Below, one piece after another: positions 1 through 12,119 of a stretch of DNA of 32,730 nt. The notes beneath the pieces are model-generated. The model was not told the DNA's origin, ran no database searches, and saw only the letters and a list, made by a program, of their open reading frames with translations. A program made the position numbers and the translations under genes. Numbering within the stretch: the first letter of the stretch is position 1; the number at the start of each line of letters is the position of its first letter. Source of the DNA: Bigelowiella natans CCMP2755 (taxonomy: Eukaryota; Protista; Cercozoa); assembly GCA_000320545.1 (NCBI GenBank), contig ADNK01003170.1, forward strand, positions 1 through 32,730, given 5' to 3'.

Positions 1-130
1 GAGAGAGAGAGAGAGAGAGAGCGAAAGAGAGAGAGTGATAGCTATTAGTGTTATTGAGAATATGATAAGTGATAATGATGATAATGATGATGATGATGAT
101 GAGGAGGAGGAGGGTGATGTTCTTCTTTAC

Positions 131-322
131 CGTTGAAATAATAAGTACACTGCGACGACTCATCGACAAATCGTACCCACGGTGTAGTAGTAGTACTCTC
201 AGCTGCTGCACTACCACCTTTTGCTACAACAGCAATATCATCATTAGCAGTATCATAGAGAGATAGATACAGAGACACGAAATTCACTTACTGAACACCG
301 ACTTTCAGGATATGATCATAAC

Positions 323-354
<32 letters not shown>

Positions 355-586
355 GAATGATCATGATTATGATGATAATTGGGAAGAAGAAGAAGAAGAA
401 GAAGAAGAAGAAGAAGAAGAAGAAACATCGTGATATTATCGATAATACTACTTTTCATTATTGATAGTGCTACTAACATAATACAACTACCCTTTTGTCC
501 TTCTACTGTCTGCTCTTGCTGTTTCTGCTGCTGGCTGCTGAAAAACGACCCGCCCTCACCAGAAATCTTACAATGTACACACACAA

Positions 587-634
<48 letters not shown>

Positions 635-1071
635 ATTTATTGTGTAATGGTGCTGATTGATGATAATAAATAGTAATAATATCACGTAAATACAACTACT
701 ACTACTTATCATTATCAAAACAACAGGAGACCACAGAGAACCAACGACTATCACTACTGTTACTACTACTACTACTACTGCTACTACTTCCAGTACCTTC
801 ACCGGAACAGTTCCTACATCCAAATCACTCGATGACCTTTGCCTTCTTTCGCTGTTGTTATCATCTGCCCCACCACCACCACCGCCACCACCAGCATTTC
901 CGCTGGAAAGAGTCATCGATTCATCGTATATATCAGACACTGAAAGTGATCCTTTAGGTGAAACGCCTGCATTGATTGTGAAGAATGTCGGTGACGCCTC
1001 GTTTGCCTGAATATGATGATGATAATGATAATGGTGATGATGATGATCACAAAGCATGATAAACCAAATAC

Positions 1072-1104
<33 letters not shown>

Positions 1105-3038
1105 TATCTGTACACTCGAAATGGCGCTGTAAGTCTTTCCATTCCTCACCCCCCCCCACCCCCCCCCGTGTAATTCTCTTTCTCATAGTGTTCTCACTGC
1201 GGATTCATGCGTGGTATATCCTTCCTCTGGCTCATCCCATGATGACTGATGATGATGATGATGAAGGCCAAGAACAACAGAAGTATTAATAAGCAGCAGT
1301 AACAACTCTTTGGAGTAGTACAATGCATGTTGGTAAGAGGAAGAAGAGAGGAATGATTAGCACTTACCTCATTCGTCATTGTGTTATAAAAGTACATGCA
1401 CCCAGATGCCTGTTAAGTTATTATTTAACAATTATCCCCAATGCTACTACTACTACTACCACTACCACTACCACTACTACTCAGTAAACTGGCCTTATCG
1501 ACAATCAACATGCTGTTTAGCCCTCGACAACAACAACAACAACAACAACAACAATAATAATAATACTTCATCAGTGTAGCCGATCCAAGGACTGTTAGGA
1601 GCAGCTATTACTCCTCCTCCCGACGTTGATGAGGAGGAATGGCCACGACCTGCTGCTGCTGCTGCTGTTGTTGTTGTTGCAGTGGAAGAAGCCGGAGAGA
1701 TAAACAGCACCCCGATTAGAGGAAGAAGAAGAACAACAACAAGGGAATGCAGTGCAGGCAGATAATGATTGACCAGAATACCCATCATCAATAGTCTCAA
1801 TGTTGCTTGTTTTGTTATCTTTTCAGTGTTGTGGTGTTGATGCTGCTGCTGCTATAGATAGAGCTTTGGTTGCTCTCTTTCTTCTTTTAGTGAATAAGAC
1901 GAAGAAGGCAGGTTTGCATAAGTAGGTGCAATATAGGAGGAGGAGGGGGAGGAGGAGGGAGGGGGGGGGTGACCTTTTGACGTGGTTTGGTACTGATTCT
2001 TAGGCTGTCGCCTCCTCCTCCTCCTCCTCCCCCCTTTCTCATCATCATCATCATCATCAAATAGAGACGCTAGAACACCTTCGGCCTTACGACTGAAAGA
2101 GAAGTAGTAGTTGGTAGTAGTAGTGTGGAGCAATGAATGCCATTACAACACCACCGCACAGACGTAATAATAATACTAATAATAATGATGATGATGGTGA
2201 TAACGACAACGAGGAGCAGGAGAGAGAGTATGCAAAACACATCATCATCATCATCATCACCATTAGACAACCAAACAACATTATCACGCTCATCAATACA
2301 CAACCACCTATTTTTAGTGCTCACGGCTTTTCCTCTGGTGGCGCTTCTATTTTGGCCTGGATCGTTACACATTGAAAGATGTAGTAATCAGAGAAAATAA
2401 TAACGACAAGTATGTAATGATGCTGCAAGGTTACTCGACAACACCCCAGTACTACTCCCTACAAGCATTACTACCAACAACACGGCTGCTGCCACCCACC
2501 CATCCGATATTATTATTCAAAGGGAACATTGTAAGCTGATTTTGATGTTTGACCAAATCCAATGATTTGAGTATGGTAGTATTTAGCACTGAGCGACTAT
2601 TATCACAACCTGCTACTTTCCTAGACATAAGGGCTTTTCTTCCTCCTTTTGGAACTAGATATCAATAATATTAATAATGAGAATAATGACACTAATAATA
2701 CTTCTAATAATTATATGTAGTTGTTGCGAAATCGCTCACACGACACACACATACACACGCAAGCTGCTACTGCTCTCTACTAATCACTGAATGGCGTGTC
2801 GCCACTACGTGATTGATGGAGAATAAGCCTTACTACTACTACTACTATACTGAAGTGTTAGTAGTCTTATACATGGCGGGGGCTTGGGTTTGCAGTATAC
2901 ACGTGTTGGAAACCCGTCCACGATCTGAAGAGGAGGAGGAGGAGGAGGAGGAGGAGGAGGAGGAGGAGGAGGAGAATTCCAGCATGAGCATGAGCATGAC
3001 TATCATGACGATCATGATCATGCTTAAGTTGAGTGTAT

Positions 3039-3071
<33 letters not shown>

Positions 3072-3185
3072 AGCATGATTTGTATTACTATGCGCCTACT
3101 ACTACTGCTACTACTAACAACTTTACGAAACGACTGAGGAGTAGTAGTATCATGACGACAAAGAACACTCTACTACAACATACTG

Positions 3186-3220
<35 letters not shown>

Positions 3221-3492
3221 CTGCTAGAGTCAAAAAAAGAAAGAAACGTCATCACGCACCTTCCATGTGTATCGTACTGAATGGTACATTTGCAGCTCAA
3301 ATTTCACTTTGGGTGAGGACATCTCTAAATGGAGAAGATACTCATTAACCATTCACTTATTTATTGTATGCTTTTGTGCATGTTTGTTCTTCTGCTTATG
3401 CTGCTGCTATTACGTTTGAGAATCTTGAGTAATCTGCCCACGTCCTTTGAAGAGGCCCATACCTAGACAAAGAAACAGAAGAAGATATCATG

Positions 3493-3527
<35 letters not shown>

Positions 3528-3702
3528 TATTATTAATATTCCTATGTGAAATAATATGATGATCCCGGGCAAACACCATTATTATTGGCAAATCGTCGTC
3601 ATCGACATCAAATCATCATCGTAGAATAGATCAATAATACGTGCAGGTGAGACAACCAAAGTCAGTACATAGTGGCCCATCTTAAAAAGATAGTATTATC
3701 AT

Positions 3703-3737
<35 letters not shown>

Positions 3738-3990
3738 AACTGTACGCATTCATCATGATATCGCCATGATCAATCATGATAAACAAATATGAAGATAATG
3801 TCGTCTCCCAATCATCTAATGACAATAAGTAGTAGTAGTAGTAGTAGTATAAGTGGTAGTAATCACAAACAACATACCGAATGTTGTCCAACCCATCTGA
3901 CTACAACACGTGGCGTCATGGCGATTATTCGAATTGCCAAGTCTAATCTTCGTGCATTGAGGCACTGCCTCACCCATGCCCTGTGATGAA

Positions 3991-4024
<34 letters not shown>

Positions 4025-4373
4025 GTCATTAATGTAGTAGTTCTAGTATTACTTTGATAGACAAGCAGAAGAAGAAGAAGAAGAAGAAGAAGAAGAAGAA
4101 GAAGAATAAGAAGTAGTAGTAATAAAACACATTAATCTCATCTGCATGCTTACCATCGTCTTAATCACCATCATCATCATCATCATCATCATTATTATTA
4201 TTACGAGATAGTAGTAACAAAACTAGTACTACCTCCCCCTCTCCACATTGTCTTTATCATTGTCAAAATATAAACTGTGTGCAAATTTGAAGTCCTCTTG
4301 AAACGGCTTTGACTCCAAGTTTGCCTTAGAAGTAATGTGTGTGTGTTATATGTGAAGGGGTGGCGATACTGCC

Positions 4374-4406
<33 letters not shown>

Positions 4407-4512
4407 ACAGAGAATACGAAGGTGCTGGAATAATGGAAAGGAGGCCTCCACTCAAAGATTAAAAATCATATTGAAAAATCGAAGAAATTCACTTGTCTAC
4501 CAATTATATATA

Positions 4513-4550
<38 letters not shown>

Positions 4551-5782
4551 AAAGAGGAGGAGGAGAAGAAGGGGGAGAGGGCCATCATTCGGGTCGGCAG
4601 GATGATAACGGTGATCGATCTATCTTTAAGACACCATCATCTATTGATTTATCACTTAAAAGAAGAACTACTTACTACTACCTTGGCCACATCTTGGATG
4701 AAACCCCAGAATGAAGTCGTCTTTGCATACCAACCTTCAAACAACAACATCAACGGAATAAGCACGGCTTTTGCATGGATTAGTCGAATTATATTATAAA
4801 TATCAACAATTCATCAAACACAAAGGATGATGAGTGATATCGGTTGAGATTGTTACGATTCGTTCTTATGAAGAGAGTTTCTACGCACACGCACGCACCC
4901 CCTTTGAGGCCGTATAGCAGGATGCATTCAATGCAACTCACAAGATTTTCCTAAATAATCGTAATAATAAGATGAGGATGCAGCACAAAGGTGATAGCAG
5001 CAGCAAGTATATTCCACAGGAAGAAGAAGCACCAACCATGACGCATGCATGCCTACCTACTGACTTGCTTACTCCTTTCCTTTTTTTCAAGCGGGGTAGA
5101 AGCATTCGTCTCCACACACACACACACACACACACATGCTCTGGCCCATTTTTATTGTATCTCGTACGAACGCTATAGTCATATTAAAGAAGGTTTCGAA
5201 GCTTATCTTTCTTCTTCTTCTTCTTCCGTATTATTGTTCTCGGTTTATTTACGCAGCTATAACTCCTACATACTCCCGCTTATTTTCTTTCCATTCTTCT
5301 CTGTTTCGAAACACTACCGCTTGACGATCTCCAATCACTAGGGTGTTGTCGCTACTATTATTGCTTATTTGGCCGTGCTGTTTTCCTCCCTCCTACGGAA
5401 GTAATGGTGCAAATGAGATAATTCGTGTTCGGTGGCGTGTAGGCGAGCGCTCATAATCAAGATGATGTACGGATTGTTCTCAAACCTTATTGTCCCCATT
5501 ATTTTTGTGGTGTCTGGGTGGTTGTTGTTGCTGTTTCAATTGAAGCAGCAGCTGTCCAAAGATTCCTGCGATATCGTCTATTGCATACTTTCGGAACTCC
5601 CTATTAGAACGAACGCGAAGGAGAATAAGAAGAAGAAAAAGAAGGAGGAGAAGAGGAAGCAGCAACATAAGAAGTTGCAGAATAGTTTTTGTTTTTCCAG
5701 AAACACCCGTGATACGGAAGAAGTGTGTGTGTGTGTGTTTTGGAAATCTAGCTAGTGACCTTTGGCGGTGCTCGACCTCCAT
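131..5782 (-). CDS. Multi-exon RUN-domain protein with at least two WW domains (3' end continues beyond the left edge)
   Basis: Spliced by eye at GT-AG sites. Start MEVEHRQR (ATG 5782, donor after 5760). RUN-like blocks: ENLVSCIECILLYGLKG (~4900-4950), GWYAKTTSFWGFIQDVAK (~4680-4735), RAWVRQCLNARRLDLAIRII (~3895-3980), LLKILKQMSSPKVKFEL (~3260-3460). WW1 PWIGYTDE/ASGCMYFYNTMTNE/SSWDEP is split over exons at ~1570, ~1390 and ~1240; WW2 PWVRFVDESSQCTYYFN lies at ~131-180. Some internal exons are unresolved. Confidence 0.8.
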
Positions 5783-5951
5783 GGGTGAAGCTTGTTCCAC
5801 TTGCTGTGTTTTCCAACTTCTCTCCGCACGAAATTTTGTTGATTGGTCGTAGTAGGACCGATCACACGCAACCTTGGGTTTTAGGTTGTTTCCGTTTCGT
5901 TCCTACCGGCTGGGGGGGGAGCGTCGGAAGCAACAATGACACTTGTACATA

Positions 5952-6006
5952 CCGCAACAATTCCGCAACAACTCCGCAACAACTCCGCAATAATTCCACA
6001 ACAATA
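5952..6006. repeat. Five tandem copies of an 11-bp unit CCGCAACAA(C/T)T in a divergent intergenic spacer
   Basis: ccgcaacaatt ccgcaacaact ccgcaacaact ccgcaataatt ccacaacaata. Confidence 0.9.
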
Positions 6007-6054
6007 ATTGAACAAGTAGATTGTCCTGCGTATAATTACCTAAAAAAAACTCGA

Positions 6055-7489
6055 ATGTCGATACCAGGCAGGATGGTTTTTCAACTACGTTACTGGAGTT
6101 TGGACGTAAAATCTATCGATAAATCGTGATAAATACTCATCGTGTTTTGAAATAACAACTACAATAGTTCTATATACACCCAGACTACGAATATAGGATA
6201 TTTTGTGGTGAATATTCCTAAAATATCATCTCTTCGAACCGGAGAAGAGAAGAAGCCGTCGTACGATTATCCGGAAAGGCACCGCAGCATCTCTGTTGAT
6301 TCATTTCAACAGCAACCAGATCTTCTGCCAGTTGTGAAGGGGGGTAGATCAGCCAGATCTCATTCGTAAGTAGTAAATAAACTGATACGAACACGAATAA
6401 ACGTGAATGCGTTTAAAGTTATCAGTAGCTGTAGTGGTAGTAGCGCTAGTACGTCGTCGTCAGGGTGATGCCCCTACATGCTCTTTATACTCTCCTGTGC
6501 TATCTTACCTTTTGTCGTTCGTTTACTATGAAGATACTCCTTCTCATCGATACTACTTGTCTGTGCGATGAATAGGATTTCGTCCTTCGCAGTGACGGGG
6601 GAGGCGGAGAAAGGAACTATTACGCAATGTGGAACAATGATAACTTTTGCCGATCAGTGACCACGATACTAAGGCGTAGAGCAGCAATTACAGTTATAGT
6701 TACAACGTTATTATCCTTCTCCTTCTTCGTCGTCCTCGTCAATGTGGCGAGCAGCACAATTATGGCCTATGCTACTACTACCACTACCTCTTTCATTGCT
6801 TCTACCATCACTTCCAGCTGCTCATCAATTGCTCTTCCCGCATTTCAACGCCCTCTATTCTCAAACGGTATAATTTCTAGCGACTACTATTCCCCGAGTA
6901 ATCTGGTGGCGGTTAGAGGCACGAAAATCAAGAGACGAGGGGGGGGAGAAGCACGCAGTATTCGGTGTGACAGTAGAAGCAGTTGTGGTGCCAGAAGTGT
7001 CCCCACTTCTCCCAGTGGAGATCATTATTCACGAAGGCAATCATTGAGGGCAGGACCAAAAATCTTAGGTGGTGCTGTTCTTCTTTCCCTCACTCAAAAG
7101 TGTGAAGCCTCCAAAGCAGCATCAGGTGTAGCAAAAGGATCATCATGATGTCGGTCTTCGTCCATAATCAACGGAGCCCACAGCGATGATGATAGTCGTA
7201 GTTGTTAATATCATCACGGGTCATGAATAAAGATACGCTTAGTGAATCTGTGGTTATTCCAAGGCATGTTTTTTTCCAACAATCATGAATATGGGTAGGG
7301 AACACTGGAAAAAGCATCGGTTTGCCGATCCAAGATATTAGAGACATTGTGCAGCAAGATTTCATTTACCGCAAGTGTTTAGTATCTGGAGATATATCTC
7401 AGGTAATGTAAGTATTCTTGACTTACTATGGTTTTGATAACGGGCCACGAAATTCACCTTCGACGAGTAATGTCATATAATATGTGTGT

Positions 7490-7546
<57 letters not shown>

Positions 7547-8372
7547 TATGTATAATATTCATACGTTTAAGCACTATTCTGTGCACGTATATTTCTCTTA
7601 CCCCGTTTGTTTGTTATTAGGAGATATACGCAGACGACTGCATTTTCACCGATCCGCAGATGTCAGTTAAGGTAAACATTCTTGGCCATAATAACGGGAT
7701 AATGGTTGAAATTAGATATAGAAGGGTTTGAATCATTCTTATGAGAGCGACCTATGGTATCTGTATTTTGCGCAATATAATTAAGGGTCTACAGAAATTC
7801 GTGCGTGGAACAAAGGCTTTATTTGTAGCTGAGAGAAGGTACACCACAAATCAGCAAGGATCGTTTCGAGTAGAGCATGACATGACTATCGAACAATGAA
7901 TTCGTTGGTATGGTTGTGAATGATACTTAGCGAGCTAGAACTACTGGGCGATGTTTACGTAGTCGGCGATGATAAAATTGTGGTAATAGATGTGTACATT
8001 TCCCAGCACACACCGAAAATTATCGGATGAAATATTTGTTCAAATATTTTTAGGCAAAGTGGCGAGAAGTTGCTTGTTTCAATATTCCTTTGCGCCCAAA
8101 GTAAAAACAACTTAATGATTTGGAAATCGACCTGTTCACGTTGGAATTACATGTTCGTGTTGTGTTTTATAGAACATATTTCACAGGAAATATCACTTTG
8201 ACGCTTGGAAAAGATAATCTGATCGTGAAGTGCGTGTTGTAAACTTGTGTGGTTTTCGAGTTGCGGCAATGACTTCCTCTGAATATTAGTATTTTGTATT
8301 TTATTCAGTTACTTGGAGCAATGGGATCTAACCATTCCGGAAATATTGGCGACTGCAAGACCTTCTTTTTAA
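6055..8372 (+). CDS. Plastid (probably thylakoid) DUF2358 / SnoaL-NTF2-like protein with hydrophobic signal, transit peptide and twin-Arg-like segment
   Basis: The exon to 7125 encodes a hydrophobic stretch, a Ser/Thr/Arg-rich transit peptide and SRRQSL...GGAVLLSL...CEA. Downstream exons splice in frame to DIVQQDFIYRKCLVSGDISQ/EIYADDCIFTDPQMSVK/GLQKFVRGTKALF.../AKWREVACFNIPLRPK/TYFTGNITLTLGKDNLIVN/YLEQWDLTIPEILATARPSF*, stop 8370-8372. The start is uncertain: ATG 6055 with two upstream exons (6055-6088, 6197-6365) or ATG 6627. Confidence 0.75.
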
Positions 8373-8514
8373 TAGCATTTCATATTGTGGAAATGCTTCA
8401 CTTTGTAAACGAAGGTGTTCGTTCATTTAGGCAGATACATGTGGCGCGACGGATTGCACACGGCGGTTTATTGTTATGCACTTTAGGACACCCCATGCCA
8501 GTTATTCAAGTGTA

Positions 8515-8760
8515 GCGTTAGCTATATAGCATCTGCTGCAGCTTCGCCAGAACATTGATCATTTGTGTGCGTTGCATGATGAAAACAATAAGGCAATTAG
8601 GACACAATACCGCTGTGAGTTTCATGCTATGGTGCACAATTTATGCTGACGCTTTTGTACGTAAATGTACGTCGTGCATGGTGCTACAGTGCGTACATGC
8701 TGCATTCAATGCGCTGTGCGCGCTATATGCTATAGCATGGGGAGCTCTATCGATGTAAGA
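8515..8760. other. Purine-pyrimidine-alternating, short-palindrome-rich spacer between convergent genes
   Basis: gctatatagc, gtgcac, gtacgta, tgcgtacatgc, gcgcgctatatgctatagcatg; lies between the stops at 8372 (+) and 8953 (-). Confidence 0.55.
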
Positions 8761-8952
8761 ATAATAAGATGCTCCGTCCTGCACTCTGAATCGCATTCGC
8801 TCCACAGATAGTTTATTTCAAAGCAATAATTGATAACACAAGGCGACTAGTAATGACTTAATGATAGTTTTTCATTGTTAAGGTGTGCAATTAACCAGGC
8901 ATCATGCTGATCACAAGATGTACAGAAATGATCACGCTCACTACTAGGTTCA

Positions 8953-10513
8953 TTATAACGACGATTGGATTGACTCTTTGGTTTCATTGTCATCATCCAT
9001 TACAAAAATCTTGTGGGGATTCATGATGAACTTAGGATCCAACGCCTTCTTAATGCTGCGCTGCAGATTAATGTGAGTTTCTCCGTGCTCGAGGCATATG
9101 TGATCCCGCTTGCCGATGCCAACTCCGTGTTCCCCAGACACTGCACCACCAAACCTCACTGTTCTTTGAATTAACCGTTTTTCCGCATCCTTGAACAGAC
9201 CTTTTTCATCATCTTGATATGGAACATTACAATGGAAGTTTCCATCGGCAATATGCGCACAAATAAGGCATGGAAGGTTAATTTTTTTGAAATCTTCCTC
9301 AGTTTCTGCAACACATTGAGCAAGATGACTCACTGGGACGCACACGTCAGTAGAATAATTTTTATCTATCTTCTTCTTATTCATCGTCAGCTTTCTATAT
9401 TTGACCACGGACCAGTAGCATCCCCTCCTCGCTCCCCATATTTTATCAATCTCTTTTTCCTTCTCCGAATACTGGGTTCCTCTGACTCCAAATTTCATCA
9501 ACTCTTGTTTGATCCTTTCCCATTCTCTACGTATAACTTCTATATTATTAGATTGGAATTCGAGGAAGAGCGTTGGATCGCAATCTAGCGTAGTTCCATA
9601 GCACGCGTTGGTTGCTTCAATCATCTCGGCGTTAAGAAGCTCACACCTGGCAAGAGAGCCTCGAGGTAGCTTTAGAATGGAGACAACAGCCTCACAGGCA
9701 GAACGAAGGGATGGTAGCACAGAAACAACACCCGCTCTTTTCCTTTGCAATGGAAACACTCTCGCGCAAATCTCTGTGACTACACCGAGAGTTCCCTCCG
9801 CTCCTATGTAGAGCTGCGTGAGCTCGTATCCTGTTGAGGCCTTACGAACCTTTTGCCTTGTTCGCACAATCTTTCCTTGTGGAGTAACAACAACCAAGGA
9901 AATCACATTTTCCCTTGTTGTTCCATAGCGTATTGTAGATAGCCCAGAGCCTGATGTGGAGACCATCCCACCGAGAGAGGGGTTCGATGCAGGATCCGGA
10001 CCGAAGATTAGCCCATACTTCTTCTTAAGATACTTGTTCAACTCATTTTTATAAACGCCAGCTCCCACGTCAACGTACATGTTCACAGGATCAACCTCGA
10101 TTTTTCGGAGATTTTCCGTGGAGAGAACCACGCCTTTCTCAAGAGGGATGGCCCCTCCCTCAAGTCCGGAGCCGGCGCCCCTTGTCGTAATGGGGATGGT
10201 GTGTTCTGGAAACAATTGAAAGAAGCAACTATTTTAGGATTTTGGATAAAAAATCCAATAGTACTAGTACTTAAAGGTTACCTGAACAGAGCTTAACAAC
10301 TTCCGCTACCTCAACTGTCGAGCTGGGCTTCACAACTACTGCAGGCGTGCACCCTGAGAAAATGCTCCGATCTTTACCATACTTCGTCAGTCCAGCTGTT
10401 AGAACACACTCCTTGGGCTTAGATATGATCTTTTCGAGAAGCCCTATAAATTTGCTAGTTGGCTGGTTGTAAGTCCGCTTGGGAGGACAGGGGGGAGGAG
10501 GATGCTTCTTCAT
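8953..10513 (-). CDS. FAD-linked oxidase, D-lactate dehydrogenase / glycolate oxidase GlcD family
   Basis: Two exons (10513-10282, 10205-8953; intron 10206-10281 GT...AG) join PAVVVKPSSTVEVAEVVKLCS/EHTIPITTRGAGSGLEGG. Motifs FGPDPAS..SLGGMVST, GYELTQLYIGAEGTLGVVT, AHIADGNFH, SGEHGVGIGK, ALDPKFIMNPHK. The start could be 10513 or 10588. Confidence 0.93.
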
Positions 10514-10971
10514 GGGTTCCGATGTCGATTCCGATCCGGCATCCCCGAGATTTAATTTGGTGAGAAAAATAAAATGCGCCTTCTGCATTTTGTTTCGGTT
10601 GCCGAATTATTGTTTACTGCGCGGTCCTTTCCAACCCGCTCTAGTAAGTCTATTTTTGCATCCATAATAAGCATAGACTGTACATACGCAGGGTAAATTT
10701 TTAGTTTGTTATACTGAGTATATACATATTTCCGCTTTTGAAAGGGTTTCAATGTTCAAGATATTCACCTTTCGGTCTTACTGTGCACACCAACTTCGAT
10801 GTATCAATGCAACCAGAAATGCCGATGTAAACTTGTATCCGACATGTAATTCATGTTGACGCAGAGCCAAAATGTACTGGTTTTTGGGTTTACGGCGTTG
10901 TAATTTAGCAGGAGTCCCTCGCTCCGACAACCCGCATCTTCCACTCAGACCACAAAACACACCCCCCTACC
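10514..10971. promoter_or_regulatory. Putative bidirectional promoter between the dehydrogenase and rpl12
   Basis: About 460 bp separate divergent start codons. This is positional inference only. Confidence 0.45.
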
Positions 10972-11801
10972 ATGGCTACTTCACGCACTTGCATCTTCGG
11001 CCTTTCCGCCCTTGTTAATGTCTCCCTTGTAGCACTCCTTTGCTCCCTAGCATTTTCTTCAAGACAAGGTACTGGATAGTACGATTTTAAATTGTCGTAG
11101 GCGACTGGAAGAGTATAACACTGGGGAGGGTGGTGGGTTTGGTGTAGTTAAACCTGAAACATCTCTCATTCATTACGAAACTTTTAGAGCTTGGTGCTCC
11201 TGCTGTGCGATCCCGGGGAACTATGAGCGCTTTCAGACCTATGCACACCAGCCGTGTTGCAAGAAACTTGCGCAATATGCGCGTATATGGTATGTGCACA
11301 CCATTGAATCTAATTACTGACCATTACATCTTTCCTTTCGAAACAATCGTATGATGATTACTCTAATTGGACTTTTTTTTTTCAGATGGTGAAGGTGCAT
11401 CTGAAGTCTCCCCTGTTGTCTCTGAGATTGTTGAGAAGTTGAAGACTATGTCCCTCATCGAGGCTTCCCAGCTCGTTAAGGAGATTGAGGAAACTTTTGG
11501 AGTTGATGCATCCGCTGCAGCTGGTGGAGCCGTAATGATGGCTGCTCCTGGTGCTGCTGGAGGTGCTGCTGCTGAGGAAGAGGCTAAGGATTCCTTCGAT
11601 GTCATCCTCGAGGGTGTCGATGATTCCAAGCGTGTTGCTGCCCTTAAGGCTATCCGTGGGGTCACCGGTGTTGGTTTGAAGGAAGCTAAGGAGTTCATCT
11701 CTGGTTTCCCTAAAGCTATCAAGGAGGGACTTTCGAAGGATGATGCAGAGGAAGCACAGAAGTCACTTGCTGAGGCAGGCCTGAAGGTTATTGTCAAGTA
11801 A
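10972..11801 (+). CDS. rpl12: Nuclear-encoded plastid 50S ribosomal protein L7/L12 with bipartite targeting leader, 204 aa
   Basis: join(10972..11068,11188..11289,11386..11801), all GT-AG and in frame. Signal MATSRTCIFGLSALVNVSLVALLCSLAFSS, Arg-rich transit ELGAPAVRSRGTMSAFRPMHTSRVARNLRNMRVY, mature L12 motifs LIEASQLVKEIEETFGVDA, FDVILE, LKAIRGVTGVGLKEAKE. Confidence 0.97.
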
Positions 11802-12119
11802 ATAACAAAATTTGCAATGACAGTCGGAGTCTTAGTTTTGTTTATTGATATTGGTATTGACGTGTGAAACGAGATAGCTTGTTTAGCCCTGAAGGCACTT
11901 CTTAAAAAGTAGTGCCCTTGTAAATCACATTGTTTTCGGTGGATACAGTGCAATTCCATGCGTATGCATATGCGTCTGAACAATTAAGAGCGTACACTCA
12001 ATACAGGCAAATAAATGATGGTTCTTCAAATTTGAACGTTTTAAAGTTTTTGCCTTCCTTGTGGATAATGGATAACATAATCAATGCACACTTGGCTATT
12101 TGCAAGATATGCTTAGAAA

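Larger units (their letters stand above)
1..7545. repeat. Microsatellite-dense domain: (GA)n, (TA)n, (CA)n, (GAT)n, (AGT)n, (AAG)n, (AAC)n, (GAG)n tracts, mostly intronic
   Basis: Directly visible, e.g. (TA)n 590-626, 4518-4546 and 7494-7542; (AAG)n 384-424; (GAG)n 2931-2974. Confidence 0.95.

Noticed and set aside
1-5800. Dozens of short ORFs with poly-M/H/Y/L/S/R runs, here and at 28900-32730
   Set aside because: They are translations of intronic microsatellites; the real exons form the spliced RUN-WW and helicase genes.
5952-6006. CRISPR-like or telomeric array
   Set aside because: The 11-bp units are contiguous with no spacers, do not match a telomere repeat, and sit in a eukaryotic context.
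11363-11983. 206-aa minus-strand ORF
   Set aside because: Antisense shadow of rpl12, caused by its biased codon usage.
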